This document shows, piece after piece, positions 1 to 10,930 of a stretch of DNA of 64,000 nucleotides. The stretch spans positions 187,178,001 through 187,242,000 of the forward strand of contig OX597814.1 in the NCBI GenBank assembly GCA_951406725.2, in the 5' to 3' direction. A program made the translations under genes and the position numbers. Every line of letters starts with the position of its first letter. Positions within the stretch are counted from its first letter, which is position 1. The stretch comes from Octopus vulgaris (taxonomy: Eukaryota). The notes beneath the pieces are model-generated. The model ran no database searches. It was given only the letters and a program-made list of their open reading frames with translations, and was not told where the DNA came from.

Positions 1-47
1 AGTAGGTTGTCCAGTTGATTGAACAATTAGACACTCATACAGTGAAA

Positions 48-311
48 TCAACAAAAGAATCTATACACACACATCTTTATAAAGGAAGGTCTTGCATAAG
101 AGATTAATTCCCTATTATCTATTGCACAGTGGTCTAATATGTATGTATTAAATGCATTCAAAATATCATTACTTGGTTTGACTTCATTACACCACTTGAT
201 GCCAGAACAATCAAGCTTGTCTTGATTCAATTTACACAGAAACTCTAAATAGGATTTCGAATGGTTTGTTCTATTTGACTTGAGTTGAAAATTCTGGAAC
301 ATGCATTGCTT
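48..311 (-). CDS. Candidate host-gene exon (KQCMFQNF...), unknown product
   Basis: Non-repetitive stop-free frame of 87 codons preceded on the minus strand by TTAG (AG at 313-312); weak polypyrimidine tract; no family recognised. Confidence 0.25.
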   Translation of the reverse strand, partial: KQCMFQNFQLKSNRTNHSKSYLEFLCKLNQDKLDCSGIKWCNEVKPSNDILNAFNTYILDHCAIDNRELISYARPSFIKMCVYRFFC

Positions 312-359
312 CTAAGCATAACACGATGTATATTCATATATACATAAAGTACTGATGAT

Positions 360-546
360 ACAAAACAAGCACCCAGTACATGCTGTAAAATGATTGGCAT
401 TAGGAAGGGTATCCAGCTGTAGAAATCATGCCAAAGCAGAGATTTGAATATGATTCAGTCCTTGGACCCATTGAATCCTTTCAAACTGTCCAACCCATGC
501 CACTAAGTAACACAGATATTAAATGATCATGATGATGAAGATGATG
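360..546 (+). mobile_element. Degenerate RTE-LINE 3' end / SINE-like copy with (GAT)n tail
   Basis: TTGGCATTAGGAAGGGTATCCAGCTGTAGAAA core and CCAACCCATGC...TTAAATGATCATGATGATG tail shared with about 20 copies in the window. Confidence 0.8.
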
Positions 547-551
547 AGAAT

Positions 552-1132
552 ATCATCATCATCATTATCATCATCGTTTAATGTTCAATTTCCATGCTAG
601 CATGGGTTGGACAGTTTGACTGAGAACTGGCAAGCCAGATGGCTGCACCAGGCTCCAATCTGATCTGGCAGAGTTCCTACAGCTAGATGCCCTTCCTAAC
701 GCCAATCACACTCCAAGAGTGTAGTGGGTGCTTTTATGTGCCAGTTAGGCAGTACTGGCAACAGCCACACTCAAATGGTGTTCTTACATGCCACCTGCAC
801 AGGATCCAGTCCAGTGGCACTGGCAACGGTCACGCTCAGTTGGTGCTCTTAGTGCTCCACTAGCACGGATGCCAGTCATGCAGTGCTATCATCGAATTTG
901 ATTTCAATTTCACTTGCCTCAACAGGTCTTCACAAGTAGAGTTTAGTGTCCAATGAAGGAAAGGTACACATAAGTGGGCTGGTTACACCACTGGCATAGG
1001 GCATGGGTCATGGTCTCACTTGGCTTGCTGGGTCTTCTCAAGCACAGCATATTTCCAAAGGTCTCGGTCACTAGTCATTGCCTCAGTGAGGCCTAATGTT
1101 TGAAGGTTGTGCTTCACCACCTCATCCCAGGT
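552..1132 (-). mobile_element. 5'-truncated RTE-clade LINE 3' end (ORF C-terminus, tandem-repeat 3'UTR, (GAT)n tail)
   Basis: Minus strand encodes TWDEVVKHNLQTLGLTEAMTSDRDLWKYAVLEKTQQAK* (RTE-type ORF end), then UTR repeats, the AGGAAGGGCATC core and a GAT tail. Confidence 0.85.
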
Positions 1133-1222
1133 ATATGTATGCATATATGCAAAGATACATATGAACACAAAGAATATTGATGGAACATTCCCAGCAAAAC
1201 TTCTGCCAAGGGCAAACAATAC

Positions 1223-1309
1223 AGGCCTGATATAGTTTAGGTCAGAAAAAAAAACATGTATAGTTGTAGAAGTTAGCTGTCCAGCATGTATAAACATCTC
1301 TTTCAAAAT
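1223..1309 (-). CDS. Candidate host-gene exon (ILKEMFIHAGQLTSTTIHVFFSDLNYIRP)
   Basis: Good acceptor TTCTTCTTTCCATAG| ending at 1310; 87 nt open to a weak GTATTG donor at 1222; unique sequence. Confidence 0.3.
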
Positions 1310-1697
1310 CTATGGAAAGAAGAATATTTATAAACAATTGCTTCAAAACATAAAGCTCCTCTCAGATTATAAATTCACATTTATACCAATAATTATTTGC
1401 TGCACTTGGTTACGTTAAAAAATGTCTGAATGACAGCCTGAAAAGCTAGGAATCAGGGGCAAGGAAGGGGACCATCTAATGTGTACTTTTTAGATACAAT
1501 ATGTAAGTGGAACAGTAAAAGTAAGAGGACTTTTCTGAAGTTCAGTATGTAATTATTAGTATTGTTTTTATCCAAATTTCAACAAAGCAGCTTTTGCTTT
1601 TTTGTTAGAAACCAACTCCTTCCTTTGGGGAAAATTTCTAATAAATAAAAAAAGTGATGTCATGGATGCATGCATACATACACACACACACACATAC

Positions 1698-1759
<62 letters not shown>

Positions 1760-1829
1760 ACATGTAAAATATATAGAAGGATGGATGGATAGCTGGATAA
1801 CTTAGTTTAGCTAAAGAATATTAGCTTGA

Positions 1830-2040
1830 TCCTTTAGCATTTAAATTAGTCCTATCTGGCCTAAATATTCATCCTGTTTTTTGACCCAATCCAGCCTTTG
1901 ACACCTACCCTACAATGTCATTCAAAAAATAATCAATCACATCATTGAAGTCTGGAAGCTACATGGTAATGTATGATTAATTCAAAACAATGTGAATAAA
2001 TAAGCATTACATTTGACAGATTAATCTGAATGTTAAAGGC
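1830..2040. mobile_element. piggyBac-type MITE (degenerate)
   Basis: Ends CCTTTAGCATT...AATGTTAAAGGC followed by TTAA; same family as 22269-22476, about 8110-8270 and about 52637-53070. Confidence 0.7.
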
Positions 2041-2059
2041 TTAAATGTGAAGCTATTTA

Positions 2060-3420
2060 GATATATACAAGGACAGAGTTCTTCTGATGCCTTCTTCCTA
2101 ATGAGACATTTAGTAGTTTTAGATTAGAGCAAGCAACCATACAGAATAAGGCTGATCTGAAGAAAGCCTTTAACAAGAGTTCTTTTTAGTATAGTGGTCA
2201 CTCAGAAAACTAGTTGTTGAAAAATCACCTGTTGCTCTGCAAACCATGTACAGAGATGTTGTGAGGAAGATGAAAGTTAGTAATAAGTTTAATAATGAAT
2301 TAAGCATGCAAGTAGGTGACAATCAAAATCTTGGCCCACAGTTTCCTCCTGTGTTGCAGTTTTTCAGACTATAATGTAGGAGGTTCAGATGGCGAGCTGG
2401 CAGAAACATTAGCATGCTGGGTGAAATACTTAGCACTATTTTGTCTGCCGTTACATTCTGAGTTCAAATTCCACCATGGTTGACTTTGCCTTTCATCCTT
2501 TCAGGGTCGATAAATTAAGTACCAGTTACACACTGGGGTTGATCTAATTGACTTAATCCCTTTGTCTGTCCTTGTTTGTCCCCTTTGTGTTTAGCCCCTT
2601 GTGGGTAGTAAAGAAATAGGTATTTCGTCTGCCGTTACGTTATGAGTTCAAATTCCGCCGAGGTTGACTTTATCTTTCATCCTTTCGGGGTTTGATCTAA
2701 TCGACTGAATCCCTTTGTCTGTCCTTGTTTGTTTCCTCTATGTTTAGCCCCTTGTAGGCAATAAATAAATAAGAATTCCTACATACCAACAACACAGTTT
2801 CACAACTTAGTCAAATCAGCAAAAGAATTAGAAGTACCAATCAAGGAAATAGAGCATAGAACCAAGATGTCTGACAATAAAACTGGCAAAGACAAAATTC
2901 TTAGCAGAAAAGAATATAAAACCTTATTCCCATCAGTGACAGTAACACTGTCATGCCAACATGAGGAAATGCTGTAGGGAGGAATTCTATTCAGTATTTC
3001 CAATGGAGTATGAGAGGTGCAGCAAGATTATAGGCAGGATGACAGAAAGGAAGGAATTCATCTGTAGGATGAAGTAGAAGAAGTAAGTTCCATGAAATAA
3101 TTTTTCAAATACCTGGAAAGCTTCCTAGAAGTCATTTGCAGATTCTGTTTACTAGATGACCGACCTAATCAACAGTGAAAGTGGGTGTTTGGAAACAGTA
3201 GCTACAGTAAGAAAAGAATAGAAAATATCCAGGAAGCTTTTACTTCTGTTAGCAACAAGAAATGCTTTTCTCAGAGTGAAGGACAGATTGAAAGTGTTTG
3301 TGTATGAAGTGCAACATTGTATATCAATGAAATACAGAAACAAGACAAGCATGCTCCACTAGGTTCACATTGTTAATTGTACATGAATAAGGGAGCACAG
3401 ATAAACTGAGAGAAAATGGA
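2060..3420 (+). mobile_element. Highly degenerate RTE LINE reverse-transcriptase remnant, interrupted by a SINE dimer
   Basis: Fragmentary motifs DLKKAFN, TMYRDVVRKMKVSN, FKYLESF, LRVKDRL typical of RTE RT and C-terminus; many stops and frameshifts. Confidence 0.65.
2390..2773 (+). mobile_element. tRNA-derived SINE with Nin/Deu-like core, tandem dimer
   Basis: GGCGAGCTGGCAGAAAC head, GAGTTCAAATTCC B-box, GCCTTTCATCCTTTCAGGGTCGATAAATTAAGTACCAG core; the second unit restarts at GGTATTTCGTCTG. Confidence 0.85.
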
Positions 3421-3429
3421 TGTAATCTT

Positions 3430-3753
3430 TTATCTTTATCCTTTACCTGTTTCGGTCATTAGACTGTGACCATGCTGGGGCACTGCATTGAAGAATTTTA
3501 GTTAAAGGAATCACCCCCAGTACTTATTCTTTTTAAAGCCTGGTACTTATTCTATTGGCCTCTTTTGCTGGACTGCTAAGTTACGGAGAGATAAACACAC
3601 CAATACCAGATGTCAAGCAGTGGTGGAGGACAAACACAGGCACTAAGACACATCCATTCATAAGGCTTTGGTTGGCCTGAGGTTATAGTTGAAGATACTT
3701 GCTCAAGGTTCCATGCAGTGAAACAAACTTCTTATCACATTACCATACCTGCA

Positions 3754-3755
<2 letters not shown>
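3430..3755 (-). mobile_element. tRNA-derived CORE-like octopus SINE (partial)
   Basis: Reverse complement matches the 10177-10576 family. Confidence 0.8.
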
Positions 3756-3798
<43 letters not shown>

Positions 3799-3801
<3 letters not shown>

Positions 3802-5570
3802 GGGCCCCAACTATTCGAACCTGTTCGTTGGCTATGTTGAGGCCCAAATATTCTCAAGTTTCACTGGCCCCACTCCTGAACTATACAGTCATTATATTGA
3901 TGACTGTATTGGTGCAACCTCACTCTACAACGAACATCTAGATTCTTTCTTCTCTTTTGTCAAATCTTTCCATCCTGCCCTCCACTTCTCCTACACTATT
4001 TCTGACACCGCAGTCGCCTTTCTCGACATTTCGGTCAGCATTCATCACTCCACTCTCACCACTGCCATCCACTACAAACACAGACTCACACTCATACTTC
4101 AACTTCTCCTCCTCCCACCCTAAACACACCAAACTTTCCATCCCCTATTCCCAATTCCTCCATCTACACAGGCTCTGCAATGACAACTGACTTTGAGACT
4201 CAGTCTCAACTCATAGCTTGCCTACGTGGATATCCCCTCACCACTATCCACACCACTCTTGCCAGAACATGTTCCATGGACCGTGCATCTGCTCCTTCCC
4301 CCACACCTGCCCCACCATCACCCATCTCCCTTTTCCCCTCACCTACCACTCCACCTCTCCAATGCACCATTTTCCGAGCCTTCCGGCGACTCCAGTCCGA
4401 CCCCTCCACTTTGCACATCTTCCCTAACTGACCCCTCCCCTCCTTCAAATGAGCCCACAACATACGAGACCTCCTGGTCCACAGCTTCTTCCCTAACCTA
4501 ACCTCCCAACCCAGCCCGTTCCTCTGCTCCCGCCCACACTGCTGCACTTGACTTTACCTCTCCAACACCACCCTCCTCACAGGCACCCATCATCAACCCT
4601 ATCATATCACCGACTCCTACACCTGCACTTCTAGCAACATCATCTACTGAATCTCCTACTCTCTCTGTCCTTCTCTATACATTGGTCAAATGGGTTGCCG
4701 CTTGGCTGACTGGTTCGCAGAACACCTCCGAGACATCCGACTTGGCAATGGCCTCCTGGTCTCATGCCATTTCCGCTCTACCGGTTACTCTTTACAACAC
4801 CTGTCTGCATTCGGATTGTCCTTGCACAGGGGCCATCCGGACTCCCATCTTTGCCATGAGCAGAGATTGATCTTCTCTCTTTGCTCCTTTACACCAAATG
4901 GGCTCAACTCTCTTCCTCTCTCCTCTCACACCTACTTCCTCCCACCCACCTCTCCTCTCTTGCTCTAGCACCCACTTCCTCTTCACTCCTACCCACCTTC
5001 TCCCTTCCACCCTCTCCCTCGTTACCCACCCCTACACATTCCAACCCCACCATCCCTATACATCCCATCCTACCCCATCCCTTAGACCCACCCTTGCTTC
5101 CCCCACACCCCCACACCACACCACCCTGCACACACTAGCACTGACCACTTCCCAGCACCCACACCAGTGCACACACTAGCACTGACCACTTCCCAGTACT
5201 TACACCAACATGCACACACGCACATGTCAAGGTCTTTAGCCCCCTCCCACGTGCATATATGCACTCTCACATACACACACGCATGCACCTTCGTTTTGGG
5301 ATCACCACTACTTTATTATTTCCCCTTCTTCCTAGCTCTCCTGTGTGACCCCTCTGTCCAACCTTCGCCATGATAGATCGCTAGCCACTAAACCTTTTTC
5401 TATTTTCTCTCCCTGTTTATTTCTGTGTTCCTTTCTGTCAAAGAGCGTAGGCGTGAAACGTAAAAGATTTTCTCACTTCCCAAGCATTAAACTAATACAT
5501 CTGTTTGTTGTTTACACACCTGTCTTCGTCTTTTGTTTTTTTGTAAATCATATATACATATATTTTGTAA
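3799..5570 (+). mobile_element. 5'-truncated Penelope-like retroelement: RT C-terminus, GIY-YIG endonuclease and terminal tail (pseudogenised)
   Basis: MGPNYSNLFVGYVE...YIDD...VAFLDI...TDSHSY (PLE RT); TCTSSNIIY*IS..CPSLYIGQ..RLADWFAEHLRDI..VSCHF..EQRLIFSL....PNGLN (GIY-YIG); frameshifts and stops; begins inside a (TA)n tract. Confidence 0.9.
5431..5466 (+). ncRNA. Minimal hammerhead-like motif (A6U variant, decayed) in Penelope tail
   Basis: CTTT-CTGTCAA-AGAGC GTAG GCGT-GAAA-CG-TA-AAAG; compare the better copy at 57211-57246. Confidence 0.5.
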
Positions 5571-6030
5571 AATATATATACATACATGTAATTTAACAAC
5601 TTCACCAATGTACTACTCTGGCCTACTTCTTTATTTACCAACCCTGGAAGGATGAAAGGAAGAGCAAGATCCTGTTCAATATTGAACAGACATAAATCTT
5701 GAAGACGTGAGTTCCTTTAAATACCTGGATCCTCTTTGAGCAAGGATGGTAGCTCAATTAAAGAGATTAAAACCTAAATTCATCTTTGCCTTATTTGCCA
5801 TGACAAAACTGAATGCTTTATGGAATCCAGTTTTCCCACGAAGCTCTTTGGTAGGTGGTGGTCCAGTCCAGATTGTCTCTCAGCAGCTGGTTGTTGTATT
5901 GTTTAACGTTTCCAATAACTTGTAACTAATTATGTATATTTATCTTCTCTGTTTAGTTTCCATTGTGTAGTGTTGCAGAGGAGTATTGTCAACCAAATTA
6001 CTAACCCGACAGGTAACAGATGGTGCTTAC

Positions 6031-6043
6031 TTCGGTAGTAATT
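6031..6043 (-). CDS. Candidate microexon (13 nt, or 17 nt from 6047)
   Basis: Minus strand CTTTCATTAACAG-ACAG-AATTACTACCGAA-GTAAGC: tandem AG acceptors and a consensus donor. Confidence 0.2.
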
Positions 6044-6318
6044 CTGTCTGTTAATGAAAGGTGTGTGAGACATTATCATTGTCTATTTGATGCAAAACTA
6101 ATATATATTGTAACCATAATACTGGAATACCTTTATCACATGTTAATTGTAACTGTAGTTCTTATATCATGAGACTAGAGTTCTAACGAGGACAAGGCCC
6201 AGCTGTCAAACCTTTTAGGACTAAAAAGTAGGGTGTTTTCTGAGATTTATCAGTAGAAAATTGATATTTATGAGCCTAGAAATATGATTCACATACATGC
6301 ATAAACACACACACACAT

Positions 6319-7250
6319 GGGGGTTGTCCCAAAAGTAATGCAGAAATGGGTAGAATGTTTTAACTGGCAAAAGTCATTGAATTAGCAGAGTAACACTTCC
6401 TCTATCACTATCATCACTGTCAACATAGTTTCCATCACAAGTGATGTATTTGTACCATTGTTGAACCCAACTCTTGAATCTTTTTTGAAAAAGTTCAGGT
6501 TTGCACTGTTAGGCTTACTTTTTGGCAGCCACTTTCACTTCATCTGTGTCATTAAATTGTGTCCCTGAAGACTATCCTTCATTGAACCAAACAGGTAAAG
6601 GACACCAGATCTTGGCTGTACAGTAGATGGAAATAACTAGCCAACAAATTTTCTGATTGCCAGATTTGTTACCAAAGATATGTGAGGCCATGCATTCTCA
6701 TGTGGATCTTCTCAGATTCTTGTTTGACTTTTTCCTCGTTAGAGCTTCTCACAAGCTTTTTAAGCATCTGAATGTATCACTTGCTGTTAACAGTACAGCC
6801 ACCTTCCTGAAAATCAAAAAGAATACCATCCTTATTTTTCCTCTAAACAGTTACTATGACCTTCTGTGCTAATCACTGGCTCTTGTACATCGTAGGTTTT
6901 GCAGAAAGAGGTGTGATGCCATTCCATAGACTGAGTCTTTGTTACTGGGGTCATAAAGCAACAACTATGTTTCATCTCCCATCACCTGATTGGGCAAAAT
7001 TTGTGTTTTCATTGTCTTCAAATGCTTCCCACAAATCAGAGCAAGCAAACTGCTGCCATTCTCCCCTTCAAATTGAGAGTCAACTGCAGAGGCACTCACT
7101 TTCTCTACACCTTCTAATTCCCAAAGTCTTTCACCATTTCGCTTTAAAATAGAAAGAAAGCGGGTACTAATAGTAAAGGACCAGGCAACTACAGGCCTTG
7201 GCTGCCTATAACAATGCAGCACCTTTAAAAAATGCCCAGAGATGTTTTGA
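6319..7250 (-). mobile_element. Degenerate mariner transposon
   Basis: Minus-strand remnants VMGDET..YDP, LFGSMKD..GTQFNDTDEVK, WVQQWYKYITCDGNYVD; TIR-like GGGGTTGTCCCAAAAGTAATGC at the left end. Confidence 0.8.
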
Positions 7251-7299
7251 AGAATGGTGTTTCCAGGGAAGAGTGATTGTTGCTTGATGTTTATTTTAT

Positions 7300-7640
7300 A
7301 TCATCATCATCATCATCATCATCAACAGCAACAACATTTGATATCTGTTTTTCATGCTGGCATAGATTGGATAGCTTAACAGTAACTGGCAAGGCTAGGG
7401 GCTACATCAGGTTCCATAGTCTGATTTGGCACAGTTTCTACAGCTGGGTGCCCTTCCTAATGCCAACCATTCCACAGAATATACTGGGTGCTTTTTTTTA
7501 TGTGGCACCATCACCAGTGTTTTTCTTTTTTTACATGGCACCAGCACCAGTACTTTTTATGTGACACCAGCACCCACACCAATGCTTTTTACATGGAATC
7601 TTCATTTTAGGATCTCAGTTCTGTTGTTGTGGGAAATTCT
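7300..7640 (-). mobile_element. RTE 3'-end family copy (old)
   Basis: (CAT)n followed by TTCTACAGCTGGGTGCCCTTCCTAATGCCAACC core. Confidence 0.75.
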
Positions 7641-9145
7641 TCTTGAGTATATCATTATATATCTGATGAAAAAGAAAATGTCTGTGTGATCGTTTGATGA
7701 CAGCTGAGGTGTCTTCTCACAGAACCAGAAGGTGTCACCAAATCAGCCCACTACTGTGCACAGTACTAATATGTGTGTTAGTCCTGTAACTGCACCTGAG
7801 ATGTTTTATATTATTTGTGATTGTCATGATTTTAGCCATTTTTTTTCTTGGCTTTACTGGAGGGATGCTATTTCTATCATCAAGTATTTTACAGCATAGA
7901 CTAGATCAGAGAGGTTGACTGACAGAACTACAGCATCCTCTCTACACTGTATCAGTTTTTAGTTAGAGTTACTACTCTCCAAGACAAGCTGTTTTCACTT
8001 CAACTTGCATCACTTGTAGAATTCTTCACTTTCTTCTTGTCAGGTCCTCTTCATTGTGTTTCCCATTTTCTCAGAAGACTGCTATAGGTGCCCTCACACA
8101 TTGATATGAATTAGTCATGCACAACCTTGTAGCTTTGAGACTTCAATGACATGATTGTTTATATTTAGAATAACATTGTAGGGTAAGTGTGAGAGGCCAG
8201 ATCTGGCTAGTTTGAAGATAAAACAGGTAGATTATTTTGGCCAGATTTGGTTGGTTTAAATGTTAAAGGGTTAATGTAGACATTTCATTTCATTTTGACT
8301 AAATGAATTCCTGAAAGGAGAAGAGAGTTAAGTTCACAGTATACTGGTGTGTTGCATTAATGATGCTGAAAGACAAAGAGATGAGCTTACTGTAGACAGA
8401 TTGGTTACTGTATTTGAATTAACCCTTTCTACTATAGACACAAGGACTGAAATTTCAGGGGTGGGTTAGTTTATTATATTGACCCCAGTGATCAACTGGT
8501 GCTTATTTTATCAACCCCAAAATGATGAAAGGCAGAATCAACCTCAGCGGAATTTGTACTCAAAATATAAAGATGGATGAAACACTGCTAAGCATTTTGT
8601 CCAGAATGCTAAGAATTATGTATTTGAATTTATGGAGGCTTGTTACATAAGGATGAAATCCTAGAAGTGGAATAGGTGTTTAATAAAACAGTGGTTTGCA
8701 GTCCGGACGCAAAAGGAGGATGAGAGGAACTTACTGTAGACAAAAAGACTGTGTCCTAGACAGAGGAGAAGAAGAGAAGCTAACAGCAGACAGGTTACAG
8801 TAATTGGATAATGGGAGCTTGTTTTGACTGCATGAATTCCTTGAAATGGAGGAATTTACAGTTGGATAGGTAGTTGTGGTAATTCAAGTCATGGCAGATG
8901 GTTGAACTACAAGTGAGGGTGGGTTGACCCACCACACTGTTTGGACATATTTCCAAGACGGTGATTAAATTGTAATTTATACTCTTTAAGCAGTGTCTTC
9001 TTACTGTTCTGTATCTAGTCTAGTAAAATCCTGCTTGGCAAATAATGTATTGCACACTCATTTGAACAGCAGGTAAATGGTTCAACATGGTTGTTTGAAC
9101 TGCTAGATATAGCAGCCAGATCTCCATGAGGACTATATATATATA

Positions 9146-9536
9146 CTAGCAGTATCGCCCGGCGTTGCTCGGGTCAGTTTCGACCCTTTAGAATTGGAAT
9201 TTTAGAAAAGAAAAAAATTTTGCATTATGTAGCTTGTTATTCTCTTTAAGTGAACATTTTTCTGGTTGAAATACACTGAAAAATGGCGACACAGCAGTAA
9301 AAAAATCGTAAAAAATAGGGATTTTCATAGAAAAAAAAGCACCTTTTTGATGTAAATAATTTTTAGTGTTAACATGGTCCGATTTGAATTTTTTCTTCTA
9401 CGGAAGGAAGAGCAAGCCTTCTATCATACTCTCAATTTTGGTCAATTTGCACCGCAGGATCTCGGAGGAGATAGCGTTAGTTGAAGGCTACCGAACCTGC
9501 CATACACAGACAACTTCAGCTTTATATATATAGAGA
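9146..9536 (-). mobile_element. Non-autonomous Helitron
   Basis: Minus strand starts TCTCTATATA.., ends with hairpin CCCGAGCAACGCCGGG plus CTAG, inserted between A and T, no TSD; two more copies at 21033-21423 and 45951-46354. Confidence 0.85.
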
Positions 9537-9958
9537 TTACAGATAGACAGAGAGAGAAGGGAAGAGAGGAGGAAAGGAGAGAAATAGAGACAGAAAATAT
9601 AAAATTTCTTTGGAGTAGAGAATTCCCAATGTTTTAGACAAAGTTCTTTGAGGAGTAAGAAAGTTTTCCATCGCCCTTAGTCTATGAGAATGTGGACAGA
9701 GTACAGAAAATGGCAGACAAATAATCAGGGGAGGGTGACGTTGTTAGAGGCCAAATAGTAGTAGTGAGAGAAAGGAGGAAGAAATTTAGGGAGAAGATGA
9801 GAATGGAGAAGGAGAATTGATAAAACTAGTAAGGATAGAGAGAGAAAAGGGAGAAAGGGTCAGGGAAGAATTATAGGTTCAGTTAAAGAATATTGTCAAT
9901 ATTGCTTCATATTGACTTCAACTCAGAAATAGTGTTATCCGTACAGGGTAAGGCTTAC

Positions 9959-10130
9959 CTTTCTAAGGCTGGCTCAACTTCACATCTCGTCTTCATGCAG
10001 TTGACTCAGGTGGTACAAAGATCATTCCATCAAATGCGCCGAAAGCGCAAGGTTCATAGTTAAAGGGGTCGGGCGAATTGTAGCTTCCCCAGTGGCCCCT
10101 GAAGCCTCTGTTTTTTTTGTGTTTCAATAG
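9959..10130 (-). other. GC-rich unique segment, possible first exon (AG|GTAAGC donor; ATG at 9996, MKTRCEVEPALE)
   Basis: CpG-containing non-repeat sequence with a consensus donor at 9958-9953. Confidence 0.3.
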
Positions 10131-10176
10131 CATTTTAACTATGTTTTAATCAGTAAACTTTGTACGCAACAATTCA

Positions 10177-10576
10177 GCAGGAGTGGCTGTGTGGTAAGTA
10201 GCTTGTTTACCAACCACATGGTTCCAGGTTCAGTCCCACTGCGTGGCACCTTGGGCAAGTGTCTTCTACTGTAGCCTCGGGCCGACCAAAGCCTTGTGAG
10301 TGGATTTGGTAGACGGAAACTGAAAGAAGCCCGTCGTATATATGTATATATATATAGATGCGTGTGTGTATGTTTGTGTGTCTGTGTTTGTCCCCCTAGC
10401 ATTGCTTGATAACCGATGCTGATGTGTTTACGTCCCCGTTACTTAGCGGTTCGGCAAAAGGACCGATAGAATAAGTACTGGGCTTACAAAAGAATAAGTC
10501 CTGGGGTCGAGTTGTTCGACTAAAGGCGGTGCTCCAGCATGGCCGCAGTCAAATGACTGAAACGAGTAAAAGAGTA
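10177..10576 (+). mobile_element. Full-length tRNA-derived CORE-like octopus SINE with internal (TA)/(TG) microsatellite
   Basis: A-box GTGGCTGTGTGGTAAG, B-box GGTTCAGTCCC, CCTTGGGCAAG core, 3' end ...GACTGAAACGAGTAAAAGAG; CpGs retained (young copy). Confidence 0.9.
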
Positions 10577-10930
10577 TTAGTTGTTTAAAATTCATCCAGT
10601 TCTTTTCAAAAAATGGCCAAATACTATAAGTTACCTACTATAATACACATTAAATGTACCTGACTGATGTAAGCACTACCGTTGTGACATCACTTAGACA
10701 TTGATTATTTTACAGGAACTAACATGGTGTCATGTATACCATAACGACACCATTTATTTGAAATGGATTTACTTATTGTATGTATAATATTATATTGTAA
10801 TATATTAGAAATATTGTAATAAAGTACGCTATTGGTATTTTCTTTCATATGTCAATTTTGTCTTGCTTCACGAGATTATTGGTCTTGAAACAACGTGTCT
10901 ATTTTGACGCTGCTAATGGACCATATCTAC

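Noticed and set aside
1240-1309. Cytokine-receptor-like CWTANFYNYTC motif in an alternative frame
   Set aside because: The frame stops right after a T9 run and the similarity is only a short Cys-spaced pattern; unsupported unless the homopolymer is a sequencing error.
2800-3352. Minus-strand ORFs as host exons
   Set aside because: Antisense to a decayed RTE RT remnant on the plus strand.
10177-10250. tRNA gene (A and B boxes)
   Set aside because: It is the tRNA-derived head of a multi-copy SINE; no proper cloverleaf is evident.
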